A DNA stretch of 32,000 nucleotides from Clostridium grantii DSM 8605 (GTDB taxonomy: Bacteria > Bacillota > Clostridia > Clostridiales > Clostridiaceae). Of this stretch, positions 1-9,569 are shown in pieces. Within the stretch, counting starts at the first letter, position 1. Every line of letters starts with the position of its first letter. The translations under genes and the position numbers were made by a program. The notes under the pieces were generated by a model, which was not told where the DNA came from, ran no database searches, and saw nothing but the letters and a program-made list of their open reading frames with translations. The DNA is taken from assembly GCF_900129965.1 (NCBI RefSeq), contig NZ_FQXM01000030.1, forward strand, positions 1 through 32,000, in the 5' to 3' direction.

Positions 1-135
1 TTAGAAGATGGTCGCCATCGTTCTACTAAAATGTGGTATATCCGTACTTATGCAATCATGATGTGCCAGCACATTGATGCTTGGCAGAGCCATAATAATG
101 ATTCTTTAGATCTTAAAAAAATTATTTTTAACTAA
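1..135 (+). CDS. 3' end of an unidentified CDS (44 codons, truncated by the window edge)
   Basis: Frame 1 is open from base 1 to TAA at 133-135 (LEDGRHRSTKMWYIRTYAIMMCQHIDAWQSHNNDSLDLKKIIFN*). No family recognised. Confidence 0.35.
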   Translation, partial: LEDGRHRSTKMWYIRTYAIMMCQHIDAWQSHNNDSLDLKKIIFN

Positions 136-380
136 TCTATGGTTTTAAAGAATTTAAAAAAAATTCAACCTCGTAGGTTTATTTGCCATGCCCTTTTTTA
201 CAAATTGAATACTAAATTAAGCTACTTTTAGAACACAAATAGAATTCCCAGTTAATTTATTACTTTTTTTAATGTTATTTTCAATTTATTCCGAGAGTCT
301 ATCTATTACTCTATTCCATGCATTGCAGGTTGATTATAACATATAATTAGTTATTTTAACAAACGAAAAATATTTAATAT

Positions 381-410
381 TTCACTATAACAAGAAAACC
401 ATGTTATAAT
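381..410 (+). promoter_or_regulatory. Putative sigmaA promoter with extended -10 (TGTTATAAT) for the SLT gene
   Basis: TTCACT at 381-386, an 18-nt spacer, and TGtTATAAT at 402-410, about 65 nt upstream of the ATG at 476. Confidence 0.4.
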
Positions 411-475
411 ATACTTGAATAAAACTTAGTATATTTTAATATAAAAAACTGTAATTTACGAGGTGATTTTTACTT

Positions 476-1198
476 ATGAATATAAATCAATTGACTCAAA
501 TTCTATCTGTTAACAACTTAAATTCTAATTTGATTTCCGATGAAAAAGACTCCGCTAAAACATTTTCAATGCTTCTTAGTTTAATGCTACAAAATCAAAC
601 TAGTATAAGTTCACTCTCCCTTGATAGTTCTAATTTTAATAGTTCAAATACTGAAGATAATTTTAGCGGCCTTGATAGCTTAGCCACTATGATATCAACT
701 TTAAGAAATAACCCGGAACTTCTTACTTCCAACTTCTATGGGAATAATTCTAGTTCAGAAAAATCTACTAATTTAAATCTTTCAATAAATAATAATGAAA
801 TATCCTCTGCAATAAATTTAGCTTCACAAAAATATGGAGTAGATAGCAATTTAATTTCTGCTGTAATTAAACAAGAATCGTCTTTTAATCCTAATGCTAA
901 ATCTTCTGCAGGTGCTGAAGGTCTTATGCAGCTTATGCCTTCTACTGCAAAAGGTTTGGGTGTAACTGACTCTTTTGACATATCCCAAAATATTGATGGT
1001 GGTACAAAATATTTAAAGTCATTAATTGATAATTTTGATGGAGATGTTAAACTAGCTCTTTCCGCTTATAATGGTGGAATAGGTAGAATGAATAGACTAG
1101 GAGTAAATACTGTTAGTGAAATTTCAAAGATGCCAAAAGAAACTGTTAATTATGTATATAAAGTTATATCTAATTATGAGGACTTTAAAAATGCTTAA
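476..1198 (+). CDS. Lytic transglycosylase (SLT domain) with an S/N-rich N-terminal region
   Basis: SLT signature in the C-terminal half: VIKQESSFNPNAKSSAGAEGLMQLMPSTAKGLGV ... GGTKYLKSL ... ALSAYNGG. RBS GAGGTGA lies 9 nt upstream of the ATG. Confidence 0.85.
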   Translation: MNINQLTQILSVNNLNSNLISDEKDSAKTFSMLLSLMLQNQTSISSLSLDSSNFNSSNTEDNFSGLDSLATMISTLRNNPELLTSNFYGNNSSSEKSTNLNLSINNNEISSAINLASQKYGVDSNLISAVIKQESSFNPNAKSSAGAEGLMQLMPSTAKGLGVTDSFDISQNIDGGTKYLKSLIDNFDGDVKLALSAYNGGIGRMNRLGVNTVSEISKMPKETVNYVYKVISNYEDFKNA

Positions 1199-1221
1199 TT
1201 TTATAAAATAATACTTTTCAC

Positions 1222-1260
1222 AAAAGATATTAATCTTAACACAAGATTAATATCTTTTTA
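1222..1260 (+). terminator. Rho-independent terminator after the SLT gene
   Basis: Perfect 16-bp inverted repeat AAAAGATATTAATCTT (1222-1237) / AAGATTAATATCTTTT (1243-1258) with a 5-nt loop, ending in a T run. Confidence 0.65.
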
Positions 1261-1324
1261 ATTACAATTTAACTCAAAAGGTATACAATAGTAATAACTA
1301 TAATTTGTAATTATTTTTAAGGAG

Positions 1325-2056
1325 ATGATTATTTTGACTATTAATTATGCCCATAGAGGCGCTAGTGGAAATTACCCTGAAAATACTATGCTAGCCTTTG
1401 AAAAAGCTATTGAAATGGGAGCTACTGGTATTGAAACAGATGTTCAAATGACCAAAGATGGAGAACTTGTTATTCTTCATGATGAACAATTAAATAGAAC
1501 TACTAACGGTAATGGTTTACTTAAAGATTATTCTTTAAAAGAAATAAAAAAATTAGATGCTGGCTCATGGTTTTCTCAAGATTATTCAAGCTGTACAATC
1601 CCTACATTAAAAGAGTTTCTAGAACTCACAAGTAAAACAAAGTTAAAAATTAACTTAGAATTAAAAAGTAATATAATACAATACCCCAATATTGAAGAAA
1701 AAGTGATAGATATGATTTATAAATATAATATGGATAACAAAGTTATTTTATCAGGTTTTAATCACTATTCCATGGTTAAATGTAAAGAAATTTCATCAAA
1801 TATAAAAACTGGTCTTCTTTACATGTCTGGTCTTTATAAACCAGAAACTTACATAAAATATGTAGTCGCTGATGCCCTCCACCCATACTTTTACGCTTTA
1901 AATCAAGATATCATAACTGGTATACAAAAATCCGGTATAATGATAAATACTTTTACAGTAAACGATGAAAAATATATGAAATTCTTTGCATCCGCAAAAG
2001 TAGATGGTATTATAACAAATTATCCTGAAAAACTAAAAATCATACTGGGGGAATAA
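1325..2056 (+). CDS. Glycerophosphodiester phosphodiesterase (GDPD family)
   Basis: N-terminal GDPD motifs: AHRGASGNYPENTMLAFEKAIEMGATGIETDVQMTKDGELVILHDEQLNRTTNG. AAGGAG at 1319-1324 suggests the true start may be TTG at 1334 rather than ATG at 1325. Confidence 0.9.
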   Translation: MIILTINYAHRGASGNYPENTMLAFEKAIEMGATGIETDVQMTKDGELVILHDEQLNRTTNGNGLLKDYSLKEIKKLDAGSWFSQDYSSCTIPTLKEFLELTSKTKLKINLELKSNIIQYPNIEEKVIDMIYKYNMDNKVILSGFNHYSMVKCKEISSNIKTGLLYMSGLYKPETYIKYVVADALHPYFYALNQDIITGIQKSGIMINTFTVNDEKYMKFFASAKVDGIITNYPEKLKIILGE

Positions 2057-2058
2057 TT

Positions 2059-3285
2059 ATGAAACTAAATAAATATTCAAAAGTATTTTTGCTTGGCTTT
2101 GGCTTTTTTGCTATTAGCATTACCTGGTCTGTATATAACGCTTTCATACCCTTATTGTTAGGTAAATTTATTGAAAGCACAGCTCTTATTGGTTTTATAA
2201 TGACTTTTGATAACTATTTTGCTCTTTTTATACAACCTGCCGTAGGAAGTATGAGTGATTCTATTAATACTAAATTTGGTAAAAGGATGCCTTTTATCAT
2301 GATAGGCATGCCCTTAGCTGCTTTATTTATATTTATTTTACCTAATTATAGTAGTGTAAAAACTCTTATCCTATTTCTTGTTATTATGAACTTATGCATG
2401 AGCATTTTTAGATCTCCTGTAGTTTCTTTGATGCCAGATATTACTCCTCCCCAAAATAGAAGTATGGCTAACAGTATAATAAATGTCATGGGTGGACTAG
2501 GCTCTGTTCTTGGTTATTTTGTGGGCTCTATTCTATGGGGTAAAAGTGAAAAGTTTCCTTTCTATATGGCAGCAATTCTTATGCTTTTTTCCTTACTCAT
2601 TCTTTTCACATTTATAAAAGAAAAAAGAGACTCTATCAACTATGAAAAAGAAACCATAAATAATCTTAGTTTTTTGAAAAATACAAAATCTCTTTTTAAA
2701 AATAAAAATACTTTATATCTTCTTTTCGCAATTTGTAGCTGGTTTATATCTTTTCAAGGCATCGAAGCCTTATTTACTCTTTATGGACAAAGGTATATTG
2801 GAGTATCAGGTGGAACAGCTGCCAGTACTTTAACCTTTATTTCTCTTTCTTTTTTATTATTTGCTGTGCCCTCTGGTATTTTAGGTACAAAATTAGGCAA
2901 GAAAAAAACCATAACACTTGGTATTATTGGTATGCTAATGTGTTTCATAATTCTAGCCTTTGTAAAAAGTATAATACTTATAAGAATTCTTTTTTCAATA
3001 TGCGGCTTATTTTGGGCTATGATAAATATAAATTCCTACCCTTTTGTTACAGATATGGCTCCCGAAGGACAAGTTGGTACTTATACAGGCTTTTACTATT
3101 TCTTTTCATCTATAGCAGCCATAGTTTCTCCACCAGCACTGGGCTTTATCATGGATAAAATAGGATATCAATTCATGTTTGTTTATGGAACACTGTTCTT
3201 TGTCATAGCATTAATATTTATACTACTCATCAAAGATTCTTCTACAGAAAGCCCGATTGTTAAAGTTTCTGATTTTATTGTATAA
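2059..3285 (+). CDS. MFS/GPH-type 12-TM transporter, probably co-transcribed with the phosphodiesterase
   Basis: Hydrophobic throughout with about 12 predicted helices. It has a D-x5-G-K-R-x-P-like loop (SDSINTKFGKRMPF), starts 2 nt after the GDPD stop, and has RBS GGGGGA. Confidence 0.8.
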   Translation: MKLNKYSKVFLLGFGFFAISITWSVYNAFIPLLLGKFIESTALIGFIMTFDNYFALFIQPAVGSMSDSINTKFGKRMPFIMIGMPLAALFIFILPNYSSVKTLILFLVIMNLCMSIFRSPVVSLMPDITPPQNRSMANSIINVMGGLGSVLGYFVGSILWGKSEKFPFYMAAILMLFSLLILFTFIKEKRDSINYEKETINNLSFLKNTKSLFKNKNTLYLLFAICSWFISFQGIEALFTLYGQRYIGVSGGTAASTLTFISLSFLLFAVPSGILGTKLGKKKTITLGIIGMLMCFIILAFVKSIILIRILFSICGLFWAMININSYPFVTDMAPEGQVGTYTGFYYFFSSIAAIVSPPALGFIMDKIGYQFMFVYGTLFFVIALIFILLIKDSSTESPIVKVSDFIV

Positions 3286-3293
3286 AAAAACAG

Positions 3294-3332
3294 CCTATAT
3301 GAATAGACTTTTTTAAGTGTCTATTCTATAGG
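3294..3332. terminator. Bidirectional hairpin terminator between the convergent MFS gene and metG
   Basis: CCTATATGAATAGAC (3294-3308) pairs with GTCTATTCTATAGG (3319-3332) with one bulge. It is flanked by an A run on the left and a T-rich stretch on the right. Confidence 0.7.
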
Positions 3333-3377
3333 TTCCATTTTAGTTTGATAATATTTTTTAATTAAATTGTATTTAAC

Positions 3378-5309
3378 TTATCTTACTACAGATCCAGTTG
3401 GAAGTTCCCCTGGATTTACTACAAATAATTTATCCTTATCATCAGAAGCAGCTATTATCATTCCTTCTGATAATTCCCCTCTTAATTTAACAGGCTTTAA
3501 GTTTGCAACTATAACTACATACTTACCTACTAAATCTTCTGGTTTATAGTACTGCGCTATACCTGAAATTACTTGGCGTGTTTCTGTTCCAAATTCTAGT
3601 TTTAGTTTTAAAAGTTTTTTAGCTTTTTTAACCGGCTCGCACTCAAGTACTTTTGCTACTCTTAAATCAATCTTTTCAAAATCTTCTATTGTGATTTCTG
3701 GTTTGATTGGCTCCATTTGTGGAACTTCATTTGCTTTTATTTGAGCTTCTCTTATTTTTTCAAGCTCTTCTAATTTTTTCTCTACATCTATTCTTGGGAA
3801 AATTGGCTCTCCAACTCCTAATTTTGTTCCAGCTTTTGTTCCATCAAAAGAGGCTACGCTATCCCAGCTAGTAAGTTCAATTTTCAATTGTTCACTCATT
3901 TTTGCACTAGTATCCGGCAAGAATGATGAAACCATAACAGCTACAAATCTTAAACTTTCTATTAAGTTATATAATACTGTTCCTAGTCTTTCTTTTTTAG
4001 CTTCATCTTTTGCAAGTATCCAAGGCATAGTTTCATCTATATATTTATTACTTCTTCTAACTAAAGTCCAAATTTCATCTAAAGCTTCTGGTAATTTTAG
4101 TGCATCCATTCTAGCTTCTACTTTTCCTGGTGCTTCTAAAGCAAGTTTTATTAATTCATCATCAATATCTTCTTTTGCTGTAGGCGGTTGAATTTCTCCA
4201 TCAAAATACTTATTAAGCATAGCAATAGTTCTATTTAATAAGTTTCCTAAATCATTGGCTAAATCTGCATTTGTTTTCTTAATAAATAATTCACTATTGA
4301 ATATACCATCTTGGCCAAATGGAATTTCATGAAGAAGATAATATCTAACAGCATCTACTCCAAAATTTTCTACAAGTACAACTGGGTCTACCACATTACC
4401 TTTAGATTTTGACATTTTTCCGCCATCTACTAATAACCATCCATGACCAAATACTTGTTTAGGTAATTCTAACCCTAAAGCCATTAACATAATTGGCCAA
4501 TAAATTGTATGGAATCTTAAAATATCTTTTCCTACTAGGTGAACATTTGCTGGCCAGTATTTTTGGTATAATTCATCATTATCTTGATCATATCCTAAAG
4601 CAGTTATATAGTTTGATAAAGCATCTACCCAAACATAGATAACGTGTTTTTCATCAAAAGAAACAGGAATTCCCCAATCAAAAGTAGTTCTTGAAACACA
4701 TAAATCTTGAAGACCTGGTCTTAAGAAATTATTAAGCATTTCATTTTTTCTTGATTCTGGTTGAATAAAATCTGGATTTGCTTCAATATACTCTATTAAT
4801 CTATCTGCATACTTAGACATTTTAAAGAAATAAGCTTCTTCTCTTGCTGTTTCAACTGGTCTTCCGCAATCAGGACAATTTCCATTTACTAATTGAGTTT
4901 CAGTCCAGAAAGATTCACAAGGAGTACAATATCTTCCTTCATAATGGTCTTTATAAATATCTCCTTGATCATAAAGTTGTTTAAATATTCTTTGAACAGT
5001 TTTCTTATGATAATCATCTGTAGTTCTAATAAATTTATCATAATCAATATTCATCAACTTCCAAAGATCTTTTATTCCGTCCACAACTACATCAATATAC
5101 TCTTTTGGTGTAACCCCTTTTTCTTCAGCAATTCTTTGAAGTTTTTGGCCATGCTCGTCTGTGCCTGTTAAGAAAAATGTATCATACCCTGTAGTTTTCT
5201 TAAATCTTGCAATAGCATCAGCTGCAACCGTAGTGTATGTGTTTCCTATATGAAGATTTGCTGATGGATAATAAATTGGTGTTGTAATATAATAATTCCC
5301 TTTACTCAT
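3378..5309 (-). CDS. metG: Methionyl-tRNA synthetase with a C-terminal tRNA-binding (EMAP/Trbp111-like) domain
   Basis: Class I motifs are present: HIGN (YYPSANLHIGNTYT) and KMSKS (GGKMSKSKGN), with a Zn knuckle CTPCE...CPDCG. The likely true start is the MSKGNYYITTP ATG at 5309; the track's 17-codon extension runs into the T-box terminator. Confidence 0.95.
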   Translation of the reverse strand: MSKGNYYITTPIYYPSANLHIGNTYTTVAADAIARFKKTTGYDTFFLTGTDEHGQKLQRIAEEKGVTPKEYIDVVVDGIKDLWKLMNIDYDKFIRTTDDYHKKTVQRIFKQLYDQGDIYKDHYEGRYCTPCESFWTETQLVNGNCPDCGRPVETAREEAYFFKMSKYADRLIEYIEANPDFIQPESRKNEMLNNFLRPGLQDLCVSRTTFDWGIPVSFDEKHVIYVWVDALSNYITALGYDQDNDELYQKYWPANVHLVGKDILRFHTIYWPIMLMALGLELPKQVFGHGWLLVDGGKMSKSKGNVVDPVVLVENFGVDAVRYYLLHEIPFGQDGIFNSELFIKKTNADLANDLGNLLNRTIAMLNKYFDGEIQPPTAKEDIDDELIKLALEAPGKVEARMDALKLPEALDEIWTLVRRSNKYIDETMPWILAKDEAKKERLGTVLYNLIESLRFVAVMVSSFLPDTSAKMSEQLKIELTSWDSVASFDGTKAGTKLGVGEPIFPRIDVEKKLEELEKIREAQIKANEVPQMEPIKPEITIEDFEKIDLRVAKVLECEPVKKAKKLLKLKLEFGTETRQVISGIAQYYKPEDLVGKYVVIVANLKPVKLRGELSEGMIIAASDDKDKLFVVNPGELPTGSVVR

Positions 5310-5340
5310 TTTCTTCCTCCTAGTTTGATTGATTTTTGAA

Positions 5341-5627
5341 CACAAAAAAGCCCTAAGCAATATTTTACTTAGAGACGTATATACGCGGTACCACCCTATT
5401 TTATCTTTATATCACTATAAAGACCTTAATAAGTGACTCCTCCTAAAATGGATTTTATCACCCTACAATATAACGGTTGCTACCGAAAAACCTTACTTAA
5501 TTTCAGGCAATTTGCTCCAAGGCCATGTTCATAAATTTCTATGTTGCTAGTTCTCACCTTTCCTAGCTCTCTTTAAACACTTTCATTTACTACTCTTCTC
5601 TTCAACGCAATGCAAAATATATTCTTA
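5341..5627 (-). promoter_or_regulatory. T-box leader (Met specifier AUG) controlling metG
   Basis: Read on the minus strand: T-box motif AATAGGGTGGTACCGCG (5384-5400) and F-box CCGTTA (5471-5476). The Stem I start TTGCGTTGAAGAGAAGAGTAG resembles known T-box leaders. The specifier AUG followed by G lies at 5524-5526. The terminator CUCUAAG-N10-CUUAGGG plus a U run is at about 5341-5376. Confidence 0.85.
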
Positions 5628-5634
5628 TACTAAA

Positions 5635-5663
5635 ATATTATGATAAATACGCTCTTATGTCAA
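5635..5663 (-). promoter_or_regulatory. SigmaA promoter for the metG T-box leader
   Basis: Minus strand TTGACA (5658-5663), exactly 17 nt, then TAATAT (5635-5640). Confidence 0.65.
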
Positions 5664-5713
5664 TATGATATCCCAAAATTAAATAATTATTCCACTGAAC
5701 TCTTACAAATATT

Positions 5714-5722
5714 ATGATATAA
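5714..5722 (+). promoter_or_regulatory. Putative extended -10 promoter (TGATATAAT) for the two-component operon
   Basis: TGaTATAAT at 5714-5722, about 75 nt upstream of the response-regulator ATG and divergent from the metG promoter. Confidence 0.4.
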
Positions 5723-5799
5723 TTTATTTGGTGCGAAATAAATAACTTGTATTTTTAAATTAATCAAAGATAAATCTTATATAGAAAGGTTGATATTCC

Positions 5800-6483
5800 A
5801 TGAATGAAAAAGTTCTTTTAGTTGAAGACGAGGCATCTATAAGAAGATTTACAAAAATAGTTTTAAAAAAGCATGGTTTTAATGTATTGGAAGCTGATTC
5901 TGGTGAAGCAGGACTTGATATTGTAAATCAGGAAAGTCCTTTAGTTGTTCTTTTAGATGTAATGCTCCCAGGTATTAATGGGTTCGAAGTTTGCAAAAAA
6001 ATAAGAGAAACTAATCCTAATATAGGCATTATTATGTTAACCGCCAGAAGCCAAGATAAAGACAAAATCGAAGGGTTAAATCATGGAGCTGATGATTATT
6101 TGGTAAAACCTTTTAATCCTTTAGAACTTTCTGCACGCATTCAATCATTATTGAGAAGAATGGACTCTAAATCTAAAAGTAATAATCTTATATCTGGCCC
6201 TTTTAAAATTGATTTAGACGCTAAACTAGTATCCAAGGACAATCTTCAGCTAAACCTTACACCCAAAGAATTTCTTTTGCTTAAAATCCTAATAGAAAAC
6301 AAAAATAAGGTGTTAAACAGGTCCGAGCTATTAGATTTAGTATGGGGTTATAATTACATTGGTGACCCTAAAATTGTAGATGTTAACGTCCGTCGTTTAA
6401 GAAGTAAACTTGAAAAAAATCCTTCCGAGCCTGATTATGTAGAAACCATATGGGGTATGGGATATATATGGAAGGAGAATTGA
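5800..6483 (+). CDS. OmpR/PhoB-family response regulator
   Basis: Receiver domain (LLVEDE...LLDVMLPGINGF...DDYLVKPF) plus a winged-helix output (LTPKEFLLLKIL...VDVNVRRLRSKLE...IWGMGY). Confidence 0.9.
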   Translation: MNEKVLLVEDEASIRRFTKIVLKKHGFNVLEADSGEAGLDIVNQESPLVVLLDVMLPGINGFEVCKKIRETNPNIGIIMLTARSQDKDKIEGLNHGADDYLVKPFNPLELSARIQSLLRRMDSKSKSNNLISGPFKIDLDAKLVSKDNLQLNLTPKEFLLLKILIENKNKVLNRSELLDLVWGYNYIGDPKIVDVNVRRLRSKLEKNPSEPDYVETIWGMGYIWKEN

Positions 6484-6484
6484 T

Positions 6485-7870
6485 TTGAAATCCATAAAAA
6501 GAAAATTAACTTTAAGTTATTTAGTTATAATTATAATAACTGTTTTACTTGCGGAAGTAGGTTTAATTTCACTATTGCAAAAGTATTATTACTCTAATGC
6601 TAAAGAGATTTTAGTAAATGAAATAGAATTATCCTCAAATTTTTATAATACATATCTCTCAAATGAATCATTGGAAAAAAACATTGCTAATGATGTTGAT
6701 ATATTTTGGAAAAACACAAATGCGGAAGTTCAAATTCTCGATATTAATGGAAATATTTTAATGGATTCCATAGGTTTTTTTCCTGCTTCAGCTATAAAAA
6801 CAAAAGACTTTTCTTCTGCTTTGATGAATGAATTAGGATATAATATTGAAATCTCTGAACAAACTAATGAAAAATTAATGAGTGTAGCTTATCCATTAAA
6901 ATCCAACACAGAAATAGTGGGGGTACTAAGATTTGTAACCTCCTTAAGAAAAATCGATGCTACTATTTCTAGGATATCTTATTATTTATTTGGTTTGGGT
7001 TTATTAATTATATTTGTATCCGCAATTGTTAGTATATTTATCGCTTCTACTATAACTAAACCACTCTCAATAATAACTAAGGGTGCTGAAAATCTAGCTA
7101 AAGGAAATTATAACGAAGAAATAGAAAAAATAAGTGAGGATGAATTAGGTAAATTAACTGATACTCTTAATATTATGTCGAAAGAAATTTTAAAGAATGC
7201 TAAATTGAAGGATGAATTTATAGCCTCAGTTTCTCATGAACTTAGAACTCCATTGACTTCTATTAAAGGGTGGGCTATAACCTTAGAGTATATAGCCCCA
7301 AAAGATTCCGATGATTTTAAAGAAGGATTAAAAATTATAGAAAATGAAACGGATAGATTAAGCACCTTAGTGGAAGATTTATTAGACTTCTCAAAATTGT
7401 CCTCTGGAAAAATAACTTTATCTAAAACTAAAACTGATTTAAATTATTTTCTAGAAGAATTTATAAAAAAAATAAAACCAAGAATTCTAAATTTAGATAT
7501 TAATCTGACTACAAATTTTGAAAGTAATCTTCCTTTTATTAATATTGATCAAAATAGATTAACTCAAACAATATTAAATGTTCTAGACAATTCTTTTAAT
7601 TTTACATTACCCGGAGATTATATATATATAAAAACAAAAATAAAAAATAATTTTATTTTTATTACTATCGAAGATACAGGGTCAGGTATTTCCTCAAAAG
7701 ATTTACCTCATATTACACAAAAATTTTATAAAGGTAAAAACTCTAATTCTAAAAATGGAATAGGTTTATCTATCTGCAAAGAAATCATGAATCTTCATAA
7801 TGGAGATTTATTTATTGAAAGTACAGAGGGCAAAGGAACTATTGTTAAATTATCACTTCCTTTACAATAA
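6485..7870 (+). CDS. Sensor histidine kinase (2 TM, about 135-aa extracytoplasmic loop, HAMP, HisKA, HATPase_c)
   Basis: H-box SVSHELRTPLTSIKGW, N-box LNVLDNSFNF, G-boxes EDTGSGIS and GIGLSICKEI. A TTG start at 6485 lies 1 nt after the regulator's TGA, preceded by GGAAGGAG. Confidence 0.9.
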   Translation: MKSIKRKLTLSYLVIIIITVLLAEVGLISLLQKYYYSNAKEILVNEIELSSNFYNTYLSNESLEKNIANDVDIFWKNTNAEVQILDINGNILMDSIGFFPASAIKTKDFSSALMNELGYNIEISEQTNEKLMSVAYPLKSNTEIVGVLRFVTSLRKIDATISRISYYLFGLGLLIIFVSAIVSIFIASTITKPLSIITKGAENLAKGNYNEEIEKISEDELGKLTDTLNIMSKEILKNAKLKDEFIASVSHELRTPLTSIKGWAITLEYIAPKDSDDFKEGLKIIENETDRLSTLVEDLLDFSKLSSGKITLSKTKTDLNYFLEEFIKKIKPRILNLDINLTTNFESNLPFINIDQNRLTQTILNVLDNSFNFTLPGDYIYIKTKIKNNFIFITIEDTGSGISSKDLPHITQKFYKGKNSNSKNGIGLSICKEIMNLHNGDLFIESTEGKGTIVKLSLPLQ

Positions 7871-7957
7871 TACTTGTAAAATTATTAATAACTTTGTAAC
7901 CTAATATTTTTTTAATGCTTTATAATTAAATATATACTAAAAATAAAGGGAGGCATC

Positions 7958-9565
7958 ATGATGAAACATAAAAAATATATATTTTTAATTACTTTCATAG
8001 TTTTGTTTATAACTACACTAACATCATGCAATACCTCTAAAATATCCTACACCGCTGAAATTTCGCCCCCAGAAAAAAATAATATTTCTCTATATGGTAC
8101 ATGGATAGTAGAAAACACCTTGGTTCCCTTAGATTTTACTGAATCAAAACCTAATACCTCCTCACTTTTAGGTACCTATCTTATCTTTACAAAAGATAAA
8201 GCTGATATAAATAGTTCTGAATACTTTAACTTGAATTATAAAATAAAATCAGTTTGTGCTGAGGATTACTTCATTAATAGCTATAAATTAAATCCTAAAA
8301 GCATAAATTTTCGTAGTGATTATATAAAAGTAGTAACCCTTAGTAGTGAAAATGTATTTTTAAATAATTTTGCTTTTATAAATGAAGACTCTGTTGTCAC
8401 ATCCTTTAATGATATATTATATTATTTAAAAAGAGTAGACGATAAGGAAACAACGGAAACATCTAAATCTAAAGCAAGCCAATTAATAGAAAACATTTCC
8501 CCTACCATAACATCTAGCTTGATACAAAGTGATTCTATGGTAGAGGAAGAAAAAGATTCCTTAGAGAATAATTTAACTCAATCTGGTATACTTTTAGGCC
8601 TAAAAAGCTATGAAAAAAAAGATACTGAAACTCCTTATTTGATAAATGACAACGTAATGGAACCTACTTATAGAACTCTATGGATTTCCTTTAATGGATA
8701 TTATGTAAATCCAGTTAAAGAAGTTCCTACTATTTTACTCCCAAGAAAAACAGGTTTCTGGCGAATTGATGTAAATAGAGTGCTAGGAAATAATTATGTA
8801 CAAGATTACCTATCAGCTATACCTTTAAATTCAAATAGCTCCACACAAAAAAATAGTAGGCCATTATATGAAGATATAGAATTTAATCACTTGTTAGATA
8901 TAAATTTTATTGGCAATGATTATTTGTCGCTTAATTATAAAGGAATCACTTTAGAAAAAAATGAAACATCTTATTTTAATTATGAATTTATGAGAATGAT
9001 TTCTATTGATACTTTATATAGTAATAATGAAACCTCAATACCGATCAAAAAAATATTAGGAGAATCCGGTTATACATTGTTACAAGAAGGCGCTATTGCT
9101 TTTCTAAATTCAGTAGATGACAAAACTAAAAACTCTTTAAATTCTTCTGTAGATGAGCTAAGTTATGGAGTTACTCGAGAAAATGGTCAGTGGATTTTAA
9201 AAGGATCTCTAGATATTATTGATAAAGCTGCTAAAGGAACACTATGTAGTTTTCCTATTCCTATGGTTCCTCCTAGAGAATTAGTTTCTTTTGATACTTT
9301 ATATCCATCTTGGTTATCTATAAAAGAAAAAGTTCCTGAGGCCGTAGATGCTTATTCTTCTCCAATAGAAAATTTTGTTATAATTCTTACAGACAAAAAA
9401 ATTCTTCTTTATTCTATGGAAAATGGAGTTCTATCAAGTAGTTCTCTTTTAGAAATAGATTTAAAAGAAGGTGAAATTCCCGTAATGTCACAATGGGCTA
9501 CTGGAAATTATGTAGACTCTTGGACTGAAACAGTAAATTTATTAAAAAATAATTTAAAGGATTGA
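7958..9565 (+). CDS. Large lipoprotein of unknown function
   Basis: Signal peptide with lipobox (FITTLTS-C-NT) and RBS AGGGAGG; the second ATG at 7961 is an equally good start. I recognise no catalytic or domain motif. Confidence 0.7.
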   Translation: MMKHKKYIFLITFIVLFITTLTSCNTSKISYTAEISPPEKNNISLYGTWIVENTLVPLDFTESKPNTSSLLGTYLIFTKDKADINSSEYFNLNYKIKSVCAEDYFINSYKLNPKSINFRSDYIKVVTLSSENVFLNNFAFINEDSVVTSFNDILYYLKRVDDKETTETSKSKASQLIENISPTITSSLIQSDSMVEEEKDSLENNLTQSGILLGLKSYEKKDTETPYLINDNVMEPTYRTLWISFNGYYVNPVKEVPTILLPRKTGFWRIDVNRVLGNNYVQDYLSAIPLNSNSSTQKNSRPLYEDIEFNHLLDINFIGNDYLSLNYKGITLEKNETSYFNYEFMRMISIDTLYSNNETSIPIKKILGESGYTLLQEGAIAFLNSVDDKTKNSLNSSVDELSYGVTRENGQWILKGSLDIIDKAAKGTLCSFPIPMVPPRELVSFDTLYPSWLSIKEKVPEAVDAYSSPIENFVIILTDKKILLYSMENGVLSSSSLLEIDLKEGEIPVMSQWATGNYVDSWTETVNLLKNNLKD

Positions 9566-9569
9566 TTAC

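Noticed and set aside
166-200. A possible decayed third copy of the GC-rich module (GTAGG at 173-177 ... TTTGCCATGCCC at 183-193, compared with GTAGGGGCGGGTTTCCATGCCC).
   Set aside because: Only an 8-mer (CCATGCCC) plus a nearby GTAGG match, no palindrome is retained, and I cannot compute significance. It is too weak to call.
5310-5360. N-terminal extensions in the ORF track for metG (to 5360), serA (to 25451), ispF (from 28741), the hydrolase (to 28487) and thrB (to 12855).
   Set aside because: In each case an internal ATG has a well-spaced G-rich RBS and matches the conserved family N-terminus. The metG extension would also run through the T-box terminator.
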